Below are positions 1 through 9,384 of a DNA stretch of 38,171 bases, piece after piece; the first letter of the stretch is position 1; every line of letters begins with the position of its first letter. The position numbers and the translations under genes were made by a program. Under the pieces are notes generated by a model. That model worked only from the letters and a program-made list of their open reading frames with translations. It had not been told where the DNA came from and searched no databases. Source of the DNA: a virus; IMG/VR virus record IMGVR_UViG_3300034069_001889, positions 77,723 through 115,893 of that record; one strand, written 5' to 3'.

Positions 1-236
1 AAATAAAATCCATCGTCGCCAAAGGTCAGACTATCCCGCACAAACACATGAACTTGCGTCCGCGGACGGATGAACTTGATGATTCCGAGTGGAACAAGCT
101 CGATGTTCGCCATGGCGGGCGCATTCATGCGGTGGCTAATCGACACGGCCGTGTTTGGCACTTCCCGGCCTTCGAGAAATACACGGACCTTCTGCCGACC
201 GCTCGCCTGATATGATTTCGCCGATTCGTCTGACAT
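1..236 (-). CDS. Partial gene (runs off window); probable baseplate hub / tail structural protein N-terminus
   Basis: ATG at 236 overlaps the stop of the upstream ORF. Open to the window edge: MSDESAKSYQASGRQKVRVFLEGREVPNTAVSISHRMNAPAMANIELVPLGIIKFIRPRTQVHVFVRD. The beta-rich pattern and position after the tape measure suggest a gp27/gpD-like hub. Confidence 0.5.
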   Translation of the reverse strand, partial: MSDESAKSYQASGRQKVRVFLEGREVPNTAVSISHRMNAPAMANIELVPLGIIKFIRPRTQVHVFVRDSLTFGDDGFY

Positions 237-1285
237 CATTCCGCTGTTTTTAGAGGGTTGGCGATCGTGATGTCGCTTTCGACACCGTAGGTAGCAGTTT
301 TAACATCATTTACGACTGTGCGCTGCTTCAGATAGTTATTTTTTAAATTGTCCTTGGCAGTCGGAATCGTTGCTTTGGTGGTGTCCGGACGGGTGGTTGC
401 TGATTCACCAAGTTTTTTTAGTGAGCCCGTGGGCGAACGACCCTGAAGCACGCTGTTCTTTAAAATCGACTGCAGCGTGTCCTGACCCTTGTTGAGACTG
501 GCGATGTCGGCTTGAGCTCGCGCACGTAAGCTCTGGAGGCGATCTTGTTGATCTTTGATAAATTTATCAAAATCTGCCGAGAACCCGACGATGTCGTGAT
601 TTATCACGAGCAGATCAAAAGAAAAGGGTACGCCTTTATCAAGCGACGCGTCTTGCTGAATCTGCAGACCGAGCAAGAAGCCAGAAACTGACCGTTTGTC
701 GTAGGTCATCACGGCCTGCGCCCCGAGCTCAGCGCTGGCGGTTCCGCGAAAATAATTGTCGTACATGAACCGGAACGAGTTCATCCAATTGTTCTTAGGG
801 TCATTCAAGAGCATGCCGGAGTAGCGATAAATGGGCGGACGTTTGCCGAAGAAAAAGGCGTAGTACGCCGTGAAGGTCTCAACGATCTGATACTTCTCCT
901 GCTCGGCCTCGGAGACCGACTGCAGGAAGAAACTCGAATACCCGGACACGACATTCCCGTCCGGGGTGCGAATCGCAATGCTGGCGATCGTATCTTTCTC
1001 CGGCTCATCGATCTCGCGAGATGGCCCATTGCCATTGCTGCGGTACGTATCGTAGGCCGCAAAATCTTGCTCAGGCGCCGTAGGCGGGGCGGCCACGGAC
1101 GTCCCGGACGGCTGCACCTGATTGACCACCATCGGCGTAAACAACTTATCAGTCGAGCCCGCCAGAGACCCGCGCACGCCTTCGATTTGAGAAAGCAGCG
1201 GACTTTGCGACGTCGCCGGGTTGCCCGCGTTACCGGTAAGGCTTTTTTCGGCGTACCCAAAAAACGAACTATCCATCGTAACCAC
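236..1285 (-). CDS. Putative virion tail/baseplate protein (349 aa)
   Basis: Long ORF in the tail operon downstream of the tape measure. Central beta-rich domain (FFLQSVSE...YAFFFGKRP...YSGMLLN...FSFDLLV). Confidence 0.55.
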   Translation of the reverse strand: MVTMDSSFFGYAEKSLTGNAGNPATSQSPLLSQIEGVRGSLAGSTDKLFTPMVVNQVQPSGTSVAAPPTAPEQDFAAYDTYRSNGNGPSREIDEPEKDTIASIAIRTPDGNVVSGYSSFFLQSVSEAEQEKYQIVETFTAYYAFFFGKRPPIYRYSGMLLNDPKNNWMNSFRFMYDNYFRGTASAELGAQAVMTYDKRSVSGFLLGLQIQQDASLDKGVPFSFDLLVINHDIVGFSADFDKFIKDQQDRLQSLRARAQADIASLNKGQDTLQSILKNSVLQGRSPTGSLKKLGESATTRPDTTKATIPTAKDNLKNNYLKQRTVVNDVKTATYGVESDITIANPLKTAE

Positions 1286-1505
1286 CTAAATTCGTGCCGC
1301 CGATCGTCACAGGCGGCCGGTTACGGACCTCTTGAGGATCAATACCAGCCGCCCGGTTTTGCATGCGTAAGTATTCGGCCTTACTTTGCACCGTCATTGT
1401 TACGAAATCATCGATGTCGTATTTCGAATACGTCGTCGTTGTGACCGCGACGGGGCCAATGGCGCTATCGAGCAAAGACGTTTTTTGATCTTTAATTTCT
1501 GCCAC
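1269..1505 (-). CDS. Hypothetical protein (78 aa) in tail operon
   Basis: Fills the gap between the tape measure and the 349 aa ORF on the same strand. Confidence 0.55.
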   Translation of the reverse strand: MAEIKDQKTSLLDSAIGPVAVTTTTYSKYDIDDFVTMTVQSKAEYLRMQNRAAGIDPQEVRNRPPVTIGGTNLGGYDG

Positions 1506-1516
1506 GACTGAAATCC

Positions 1517-4500
1517 TTATTTTTTAAACGACGCGGCGAGTTTTTGCTGCATCGTCGTCAGCAAGTTAATTTGCGTTTCAAGCGACTTGGCCATTTGAGC
1601 AAGCGATTCCATCTGTTGCGCAGTTAGCGGCCCCGCGACGCCCGCTAGACCCGCGGCTTCCACTCCCGAAGATTGTTTTGCCAGTTCCGCCGCCGATTGG
1701 TTGGCCGACATGAAGGCGTCTAGATCAGTTGTGTACTTGCCGAGATTTGAGTTTTTCTTCCCCCCGTTCGCCCCGGCCGCGTTACGAACGTCTTTGAGAG
1801 TGCGTTCAATTTGCTCGTCCGAAATCTTTTCTCCACGGAGAAGAGCACGGCCGGCCTGCTCGCCCGCTTTGTCTCCGTCGGCAAAAGCCGCGATGGCTCG
1901 CATGGCGTTGGTGTTTTGATGCTCAACCAACCCAAGAACAGTGTCGGATGAGATGAGCTGACGGGCGTCATCGACCAGCCGGTCACGTGCACCCTCGGCG
2001 CGTTTGGAATACATTGCCCCGGCTTTGGACAAGATGCGCGACAAACCCTCCGTATCGGATGCGTCGTGGATCTCGTTCTCGGCTTTATAAAAATTACCAG
2101 ACTTGGCCGAGGCTTTGATGCGGGCGTAAACATCTTTACCGTATCCGCCGGCCATGTAGGTTTCCATACTGAATTTATCACCGACGACCAGTTTGCCGAG
2201 GTCCGCGACCGAGACATCCTTTTTGCCAGCCAGAGCTTTTAAGGCCTTAGATCCCTGAACGGCGCCCATCTGCTTGTCGACCTCTTCGTCCGACACCTGC
2301 ATGCTTCGGCGGGCTTCGACAATTCCATTAGCCTGCGTGGCGCTGATGGCCACGACCTTGCCGTTTTCGTCACCAATCTTAACGTACTGGTCACCGGAAG
2401 CTTTCGAGGCCTCCGCCAGCTGCTTGTCATTCTCAAAACGATCAACGCGAACACCATTGATCGAATCTTTGCCTTTGGCCGCGCGCAGGAAATCGCCAGC
2501 CGCAGATCCTCTGGTCCCGCCAAACGAACGGCCGACAGCATCGTAAAACGAATCGGCTTTTCCATCGGAGGCGTCGATGACGTCTCCACCGGCCAACCGT
2601 CCCGCCACTTTATCCGCAATCTTTGCGCGCTCGGCATCCGACACGTTTCCGCCGGCTGCTTGCACGGCTCGATCGGTCTCCTGGTTCATGCGGTCTTGCA
2701 TGTACGCCTGAGCACCCGTGACTGTCTTGGCGTTCACGTAGCGCGCGTCCATCCCGGCACCGAAGAAACGGTCCCGCAGGCCGATCGAAATATTTTCGAC
2801 GGCCTCGGCGGTGCGGTTGTTGATCCCGGAGATCACTTCGCCGATTGGATTCGACACCGCCCGCGTGAACATGTTTTTAAAAACTTTAGGCCCTAAATAA
2901 TCGTCGCGCGCCGCTTCGAGGTTTTGCTGAACGACCATGGCGTTCACTTGCGTCTGCTGCTGCTCTTTGAACTTTTGCGGATCCATCGTGAGCATGCCGA
3001 CGTCGGTCTTAATCTGCTCCATGCTGACGCCCTGGCGGCGCGATTCGGCCATGAAGATGTCTTTGAGGTCACCTCCGAATGCCCCCTGAAGCGTCCGCGC
3101 GGTCGACATCCGCTGCGCGATCCCAAACATCTGCATTTCCATCGGACTCATCTTCGAGATCATGTCTTCTTGATGCGCCTGGAACTTAAACATGTTGGCG
3201 GGGTTGCTCATGGTGCCCGCGGCCCCCGCCATGATGCTCATGGAATCGCCGGACATCATCCGACCCACCATGTTTGGATCAAGGCTGCCCGTGGCCGGGT
3301 TGTAGGCGGCCATCATTGCGCCACGTCCCTGGAGCGTCTGGAAACTCGACAACGCGCTCGCCGTCATTTGCTGCGCAAGCCCGAGCTCGCCGCCCGCCTG
3401 GGCCACGGTCTCTCGCGAGATCGCGCCGGAATTGAGCATAGAGCGCACCATCGCGGTGTTTTGCTGATTGACCTCGAAACCACGCTGCATCGAAATTCCG
3501 GTGCCGCGGAACATCTCCGCGCCGGTTTGACCAACGGCCATCATCTCCATGCCCGTTCGACCCGACATCCGCCCCGTGGCTTCAGACCCAAGGATCATCG
3601 ACTGCTGCGTGCTGGCATCGGTTACGCCCATGTCGCGCAAACCGCGAATGGTCTCCATGCCCTCTTTCAGCGAGGTGTGCAACGTCGAGCTCACGGTCTT
3701 GACTGTGGCGACCAGGTCCTTAAACTTTTTCCCAAAGTCTTCGGCGTCGCGGGTGCCCGAGAACAGATCCATCTGCATCCCGGTTTCCATGATCTGTTTG
3801 TAGTCCGTGGTGTTCAGGCGATTGTCGTTCATCTCCTGGCTGAGGATGTTTGAAGCGATCGTGCCACGGTCTCGGCGGTTAAATCCCCGGCCCGTCAATG
3901 GGTCAACGTCAGAGCCTTGGTAGGCTCGGAACGACCCTGCGCTGAGCGCGGATTGAATTCCGATGTTTTCCATACCGCGCGAAATGCCCGCGCCCACGAT
4001 CGCACCACCGATGGGACCACCAACGAACGCACCGCCGATGAATCCACCGATGCCGGCACCCATTCCTGCACCAAACAGCGCGCCACCGAGGGCTGACCCC
4101 GCGGCAGTACCTAGAGCCCCGCCGGCGAGACTTCCGCCAAGCTGCGCGGCAGCACCCACCACCGCGGCCGTACGCCCGCCCACGCGGTCTGCAAACGACC
4201 GCGTCGAGTAATTGATGTACTCGCTGTAGGACATGTTTGGCGGAATGACGTCGCGTGAACCCGGTGCCATGAACTGGGCCGCCGCAATTCCGCCCACGCC
4301 AAATCCTGCGGCAAGACCCGCTTGACCAAGCGTTTGCTGAATTTGGAACATGCCGAAGTGGGGCTGCATCGCGATCGCCGGCGGCGTGAAGCTCACCGGT
4401 GCGACCTGGCCGCCAAAGTCGGCATAGCTTCCGCCCATCACCGGCGTGCCGAAGTTTCCACGGCCCCCGGCCATGACGTTCATCATGCCGATGTTCATGG

Positions 4501-4624
4501 GATTGAATCCGCCGCCGGCGCCGCCCACAGTCGAGTCAATGCTGGCGCGCATCTGCGTCAACTTCGCTTGGAAGTTAGAATCGTCTATGTTTACCCTGTA
4601 ATTGATCTGCTGATCGAAAGCCAT
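1517..4624 (-). CDS. Tape measure protein
   Basis: About 1035 aa, rich in Ala/Gly/Met/Gln and helical. It has a Gly-rich hydrophobic segment (GGALGTAAGSALGGALFGAG...) and lies downstream of the frameshifted chaperone pair. Start taken at MAFDQQ. Confidence 0.8.
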   Translation of the reverse strand: MAFDQQINYRVNIDDSNFQAKLTQMRASIDSTVGGAGGGFNPMNIGMMNVMAGGRGNFGTPVMGGSYADFGGQVAPVSFTPPAIAMQPHFGMFQIQQTLGQAGLAAGFGVGGIAAAQFMAPGSRDVIPPNMSYSEYINYSTRSFADRVGGRTAAVVGAAAQLGGSLAGGALGTAAGSALGGALFGAGMGAGIGGFIGGAFVGGPIGGAIVGAGISRGMENIGIQSALSAGSFRAYQGSDVDPLTGRGFNRRDRGTIASNILSQEMNDNRLNTTDYKQIMETGMQMDLFSGTRDAEDFGKKFKDLVATVKTVSSTLHTSLKEGMETIRGLRDMGVTDASTQQSMILGSEATGRMSGRTGMEMMAVGQTGAEMFRGTGISMQRGFEVNQQNTAMVRSMLNSGAISRETVAQAGGELGLAQQMTASALSSFQTLQGRGAMMAAYNPATGSLDPNMVGRMMSGDSMSIMAGAAGTMSNPANMFKFQAHQEDMISKMSPMEMQMFGIAQRMSTARTLQGAFGGDLKDIFMAESRRQGVSMEQIKTDVGMLTMDPQKFKEQQQTQVNAMVVQQNLEAARDDYLGPKVFKNMFTRAVSNPIGEVISGINNRTAEAVENISIGLRDRFFGAGMDARYVNAKTVTGAQAYMQDRMNQETDRAVQAAGGNVSDAERAKIADKVAGRLAGGDVIDASDGKADSFYDAVGRSFGGTRGSAAGDFLRAAKGKDSINGVRVDRFENDKQLAEASKASGDQYVKIGDENGKVVAISATQANGIVEARRSMQVSDEEVDKQMGAVQGSKALKALAGKKDVSVADLGKLVVGDKFSMETYMAGGYGKDVYARIKASAKSGNFYKAENEIHDASDTEGLSRILSKAGAMYSKRAEGARDRLVDDARQLISSDTVLGLVEHQNTNAMRAIAAFADGDKAGEQAGRALLRGEKISDEQIERTLKDVRNAAGANGGKKNSNLGKYTTDLDAFMSANQSAAELAKQSSGVEAAGLAGVAGPLTAQQMESLAQMAKSLETQINLLTTMQQKLAASFKK

Positions 4625-4704
4625 GCGCCGCGTCAATCCCCCGGACAGTCTGGAAGCTTTGCGGATATTTTAGCAGCTTACCCGGCAAATAGGGCAGCCG
4701 AGAT

Positions 4705-4881
4705 TTATGAGAGCGCTTTAAGCTTTTTCGTCGCTTCGTCCGCCTCGGCTTTGGTCAGGCCGTTGATGCTCCAGTTACAAGAGTCGACGGTGAGGATGAG
4801 CGTCCACGCGTTGCTGAGTTCGGTGATAAACCACGCCGAAATTCTGTCTGCTTTGAAATGACGGCCTTTGATTTCAACCAT
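4705..4881 (-). CDS. Small hypothetical protein (58 aa), not in ORF track
   Basis: MVEIKGRHFKADRISAWFITELSNAWTLILTVDSCNWSINGLTKAEADEATKKLKALS. GAAGG upstream; starts 3 nt after the previous stop. Confidence 0.55.
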   Translation of the reverse strand: MVEIKGRHFKADRISAWFITELSNAWTLILTVDSCNWSINGLTKAEADEATKKLKALS

Positions 4882-4884
4882 GAT

Positions 4885-5259
4885 CTACCTTCGTTTCTTT
4901 TTTCGCTTGGAACCATATTCCAAGCTTTGGACCTGCATCGGTCCACGTTTGAATTCCCGCTCAAGAAGCTTTTCGTTCTTCTTCGCTTCCGCGATGAGAT
5001 CCGTATCAATCTCCGGAAACATGGCGCTCCGGAATGTCTTCAGCGATTTTTTCAGATGATCGCCCATCTCTTGACCACTCGCCACCTTGCCGGCCGAGAG
5101 AATGGCCGTTACCAGCACCGTCATGCGCAAGTAATCAAGCTCCTCGCGACGCGCCTGACCCATGGTCATCATGCGCCACGTGTCGGCCTCGTAGGCGTTC
5201 GGGTTATGGCCATTGAGAATGAGGTCCAGCTCGGCGCGGGCCTGGTAAGAGCTGGTTAC
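4885..5259 (-). CDS. Tail assembly chaperone, post-frameshift (T-like) segment
   Basis: The -1 frame is open from the A AAA AAG site (5265-5259) through VTSSYQARAELDL...MMTMGQARREEL to the stop at 4885. Confidence 0.75.
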   Translation of the reverse strand, partial: VTSSYQARAELDLILNGHNPNAYEADTWRMMTMGQARREELDYLRMTVLVTAILSAGKVASGQEMGDHLKKSLKTFRSAMFPEIDTDLIAEAKKNEKLLEREFKRGPMQVQSLEYGSKRKKKRR

Positions 5260-5891
5260 TTTTTTAAGATATCTTTTTCTTGCATCATGAGGCGCAAGAG
5301 AGTGTCAAAATTCATCCTAGCCCGTGCCGCGCGCTCAACAAACAGTGCGCCCATTTGCCGGATGCGCTTCTCCCGCTCGTCCGAATCTGCTCCGAGCGAT
5401 TTACCGTCGGCGTGGGTCCAGGCGTAGGAAAGCGTGACAATGGCGTTTTCATTCTCAAGCCCGCTGCTGGTAAACTTTGCTTCGTTCTTGATTTGCGACA
5501 TACGGAGGTCAATCTCTTGAAGATCTGCCGCCTTGAGAGTCGTGATAACGCCTTTCATCAAGTTGGGCACCAGCACCATTTCTTTTGAAAGACGACCTTT
5601 AAATAAATAATCCTTGATGTCTTGAGAATTGAGATTGAACTCAAGCTCTTGCTCAATCTCTTCCCGAAATTTTGTGATTTGCTTTTGACGCTCGTCGAGC
5701 TCTTTTTGGATACGGTCCTCTTCGGAGGTGGCCGGCGCCGACGTATCCGCGGCGTCCGCAGTCTTAACGGCCGGTACGGGCTCTTGTTGCTCGGGCGCAC
5801 GCTTGGGCTCGGGTGGTCGGGCGAAGCTACCGCGGGGCTGCTGGGGTGAGCTGGCTTGCATGTGACGAATCTCCTTCGGCTTTGACTTCAA
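5256..5891 (-). CDS. Tail assembly chaperone (G-like, 211 aa)
   Basis: Ends TTA AAA AAG TAA and lies upstream of the tape measure, the lambda G/GT arrangement. Confidence 0.75.
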   Translation of the reverse strand: MKSKPKEIRHMQASSPQQPRGSFARPPEPKRAPEQQEPVPAVKTADAADTSAPATSEEDRIQKELDERQKQITKFREEIEQELEFNLNSQDIKDYLFKGRLSKEMVLVPNLMKGVITTLKAADLQEIDLRMSQIKNEAKFTSSGLENENAIVTLSYAWTHADGKSLGADSDEREKRIRQMGALFVERAARARMNFDTLLRLMMQEKDILKK

Positions 5892-5936
5892 TCCATCACT
5901 GTAGGCAAAATTTTCCTAATTGCAAGGAATACCCAA

Positions 5937-6449
5937 ATGGCCAAAATCAAGAATGTATACACCTGCCCTCGCTGCGAAGAAGGCATCACGTCCGACGAGA
6001 AGCCCGAGAAATGTCCGGGCTGTGGCGCCAAGTTCCCGGCCCTCGGGACCAGCGGCTTTGCCGAGCCGGTTACCATTTCCGAACAACGCCAACGCCTTGG
6101 AGATGAGGTCGCTCACCGACGATTTGTGCTCTCGCTCAAGATGGAGGTCGCAAACGACATCATGAACGACGCCCTCAATATCATTCAAACGATCCCGGTA
6201 AAAAAAGTCCCGGTTGCGGATATAAGAGACTTAGTGGGGATGGCAATACGCATTGGCGAGATTGCCACCAAATATCACGAGTTTCTCGCAGCCGGGGGCA
6301 CCCACACTCCTGAGCTGTTCATCAAAAAATCAGGAGACACCAATGGCAACGCAAAGACAGTACATGGAGGGCCACCTCCCACCCGCGAGCCCCAACCTCT
6401 GTTCGTTCCTCTGGACCAAGCTAAGGGAGGCGGGGGACAACCCATCTGA
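5937..6449 (+). CDS. Zinc-ribbon (rubredoxin-like) protein
   Basis: N-terminal YTCPRC...KCPGCGA; AAGGA RBS. Confidence 0.65.
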   Translation: MAKIKNVYTCPRCEEGITSDEKPEKCPGCGAKFPALGTSGFAEPVTISEQRQRLGDEVAHRRFVLSLKMEVANDIMNDALNIIQTIPVKKVPVADIRDLVGMAIRIGEIATKYHEFLAAGGTHTPELFIKKSGDTNGNAKTVHGGPPPTREPQPLFVPLDQAKGGGGQPI

Positions 6450-6948
6450 GCAGTACATCGTCTTTCTCGCCCGGCTCATTTCCGAATATTTTCGCAACAC
6501 GCCGGAGGGTAAGCAGACCGCCTTCACCCTGCTCGACGCCGAAATTTTCGAAGTGGGGGTCACGAACGCCTACCGCTTCGCCAACGCCCCGCCGCACATC
6601 CCGGACATCCCCAACAACCTGCTCAAACAATTCCGCGGCTACCTTTACGAAGGCGAGCGCACGTACGCGCCGAGCCAGATCGCCGTCGAGCAAGACGGCA
6701 ACATGGACGGCTGCGAAGACACGGGCATCCTCGCGCCAAAGGGCTACTGCCTGCAAAACGTTCTCGTCTACGGTCAGGGCGGCAAACAGCACCTGCGAAC
6801 CTTGTCCAACTACGCCCGGCTCATGCACCCGGATCCAAAAGTCTCAGACACGGCAAGTCGAAAGACGTGTGAACTCTGTCCTGTGAAGACTTGCGAATAT
6901 CATCCTTCGCGAGATCAACAAATGTCGCTACTCTCTAACGGGTACTAA
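6343..6948 (+). CDS. Hypothetical protein with Cys-rich C-terminus (201 aa)
   Basis: AGGAG RBS before the ATG at 6343; ends CELCPVKTCEYHP. Confidence 0.65.
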   Translation: MATQRQYMEGHLPPASPNLCSFLWTKLREAGDNPSEQYIVFLARLISEYFRNTPEGKQTAFTLLDAEIFEVGVTNAYRFANAPPHIPDIPNNLLKQFRGYLYEGERTYAPSQIAVEQDGNMDGCEDTGILAPKGYCLQNVLVYGQGGKQHLRTLSNYARLMHPDPKVSDTASRKTCELCPVKTCEYHPSRDQQMSLLSNGY

Positions 6949-6970
6949 ATCATCAACAGGAGAAAAGGCG

Positions 6971-9034
6971 ATGGCAAATCCCGTAGAGATGGAACTCTCG
7001 GGCACGAAGATCGTGCTCAGGCTTTCCAAATCCTCGTACGACGTCTACGCAATGAATCTTGCCGGCAAGGTCAAGAACGACCAACTCGGCGTGTTCGAGT
7101 ACACCATGAATCCCCAGAACCTCGAAAAGATCTTCAAGGTCTTCGACGGCAAGGCTTTGCCGAAGCCCGTCGTCACCAAGGGCCAGGAGTGGCTGGAGCG
7201 ACAGCGCGAGAACTTCCGCATTCACCGCGGTCGCAAGCGCGTCATTCAAGACATCATGAAGGTCGAGCGTTACCCAATCGAACCAAACGGCAAATTCGTT
7301 CCCTACGCGCACCAGACGAAGATCGTGGGCGCCGTGTTGAGCGATCCGTTCACGCCCGTATTCTCAGATTGCGGGACGGGCAAGACCGGAAGCGTAGGCC
7401 GGGCGGTTGAGATCGGACTGAACAACGGCGAGATCGCGCGCGGCAAAGTCCTCATCAGCGCGCCCAAATCGATTCTGTTCAGCTCCTGGGGCGACGACCT
7501 CACCAAATTTACGAATTTGCGCTATAAGGTTTTGTGGACACCCCTTACCAATAAAACAAAACGTCAGGGCGAGAAGGTTGTGCTGGGTCACGGCTTGGCT
7601 GAGGCTCCGGCGGGCACGTTGACCACCAAAAGCCGCAAGGCCATGCGGTGGGTCAAGGGTTCGGAAATGAAATCCGGACGGCTGAACCTGTTCGAAGAAG
7701 CCGAGGGCGGTTGGGTCAAGATGGAGGTGTCCTGGAGGGATGCAATCTCTCAGGCCGGAACTCCCACGACCGTTGGTCCGATCTACGGGCAGCCCGTCGA
7801 AAAAGAGCGCACGCGCGAAAACTTTATCGCCGAAGCACTCAAAAATCCCGATGTTGACGTCTTTCTCATCAATCACGATGCGGTGCGGATCTATCAAGAG
7901 CTTTTGAAAAAGCATGAGTTCGACTGGATCATCGTTGACGAGTCGACCAAAATCAAAAGTCCGCAGAGTAAGGTAACTAAGTCGCACATCGAGATCAGCT
8001 GGCGGGCCAAGAGACGCGTCATCATGACAGGAACGCCAAACCCGAACGGCTTCATGGACCTGTGGAGTCAGTTCTATTTTCTCGACCGCGGCTTGACACT
8101 CGGCTCCTCGCTCAAAGATTACCGCCACGACTACTTTACGCCCGTGAGCGTCGGTCGCTTTGCCGGCCGTGATGCCGTCAAGTGGGAGCTTCAAGACCAA
8201 TCGCTCAAAGAGTGCCTTATCCAAAAGATCCGCGAGAGTTCGGTTTTCTTCGAGCAGCGCGACTGCATTGACTTGCCGCCGCGCTCCGATTTGACCAGGG
8301 ACGTCTACATGACGGGCGAACAATCGCGGGTCTACAAAAAAATGGAGGAAGATCTCGTTGCCGAGTTGCTAGATCAAAAGACCGGTGAGAACATCATGAT
8401 TGAGGCGTCGAACACGCTGTCCAAGCTCATGAAGCTCCGCCAGATCACGTCTGGGTTCATCGGGCACGCCGGTGACATTCACAAGGTCGAGAGTCTTGAG
8501 AACAACCCGAAACTCGATGAGATGGATGATTTCATCGAAGAGCTCGGGGGCAAAAAGGTTGTCATCGCGTGTCAATTTAGGGAAGAGATCTATACGCTTC
8601 TCGAACGCTACAAAGATCGCGGCATTGCTGCTATCTTTGGGGACGAGAGCTTAGAAAAGCGCACGGCCAACATCCGGCGCTTCCAAACGACCGACGAGCT
8701 TCAGATCATGGTTCTTCAGCCGCAGGCCGCGGCCCACGGGATCACGCTGACCGAAGCTCACTACTTTGCGTTTCTCTCACTCGACTACAACTTCGAGTAT
8801 TACTATCAAACGGGCAAACGGATCGAACGACTGGGTCAAAAAAACCCGATGTTCGTCTACCATTTCCTCGCGCGCACAGAATCCGGACGGCAGACCATTG
8901 ACCACGATCTCATGGAGGTGCTGAAATCAAAAGCCGCCGATCGAAACGCTTTGTTTAGTGATAACGCGGGCACGAAGATTGAAATTGCAGAGCAACTCAA
9001 ACGCCGGCTCATCGAGCGGGTTCATAATCAATAG
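6971..9034 (+). CDS. SNF2-family (SF2) helicase/ATPase
   Basis: Motifs DCGTGKT, IVDEST, MTGTP, DLWSQFYFLD, KLRQITSGF, AHGITLTEA, QTGKRIERLGQ; AGGAG RBS. Confidence 0.92.
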   Translation: MANPVEMELSGTKIVLRLSKSSYDVYAMNLAGKVKNDQLGVFEYTMNPQNLEKIFKVFDGKALPKPVVTKGQEWLERQRENFRIHRGRKRVIQDIMKVERYPIEPNGKFVPYAHQTKIVGAVLSDPFTPVFSDCGTGKTGSVGRAVEIGLNNGEIARGKVLISAPKSILFSSWGDDLTKFTNLRYKVLWTPLTNKTKRQGEKVVLGHGLAEAPAGTLTTKSRKAMRWVKGSEMKSGRLNLFEEAEGGWVKMEVSWRDAISQAGTPTTVGPIYGQPVEKERTRENFIAEALKNPDVDVFLINHDAVRIYQELLKKHEFDWIIVDESTKIKSPQSKVTKSHIEISWRAKRRVIMTGTPNPNGFMDLWSQFYFLDRGLTLGSSLKDYRHDYFTPVSVGRFAGRDAVKWELQDQSLKECLIQKIRESSVFFEQRDCIDLPPRSDLTRDVYMTGEQSRVYKKMEEDLVAELLDQKTGENIMIEASNTLSKLMKLRQITSGFIGHAGDIHKVESLENNPKLDEMDDFIEELGGKKVVIACQFREEIYTLLERYKDRGIAAIFGDESLEKRTANIRRFQTTDELQIMVLQPQAAAHGITLTEAHYFAFLSLDYNFEYYYQTGKRIERLGQKNPMFVYHFLARTESGRQTIDHDLMEVLKSKAADRNALFSDNAGTKIEIAEQLKRRLIERVHNQ

Positions 9035-9043
9035 GAGATAAAA

Positions 9044-9298
9044 ATGTACCAAAACAACAACGAGGGCTACTTGAAATTCGACACCTATGGTCCCCAACCC
9101 CGCTTTCGGCGAGGCGAGGTCGCGTTCACGAAAAAAGATCACGAGAAGGTGGTCGTCTTAAAGCCGCTCAACGCGAGCGAAGACGACCGGAACGTCGACC
9201 TGGGCCAACTCTACCTTCTTCGCGGCAACGACAATAAGATCTTTCGGCTCTACGAATTTGAGCTGCTGACCGCCGAGGAGGCGAACGCCTCTCTCTAA
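9044..9298 (+). CDS. Hypothetical protein (84 aa)
   Basis: AGGAG RBS; operonic position. Confidence 0.7.
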   Translation: MYQNNNEGYLKFDTYGPQPRFRRGEVAFTKKDHEKVVVLKPLNASEDDRNVDLGQLYLLRGNDNKIFRLYEFELLTAEEANASL

Positions 9299-9384
9299 CG
9301 CCGACCACGCAGAAATCAGACTCGGCACCTTCGAAGGGATTTCAAGCCCTACATCATCATCAGTATTTCTGGGGGGAATATATT

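Noticed and set aside
7540-7830. Intein in the SNF2 helicase insertion
   Set aside because: No N-terminal Cys/Ser block, no His-Asn end and no LAGLIDADG motif.
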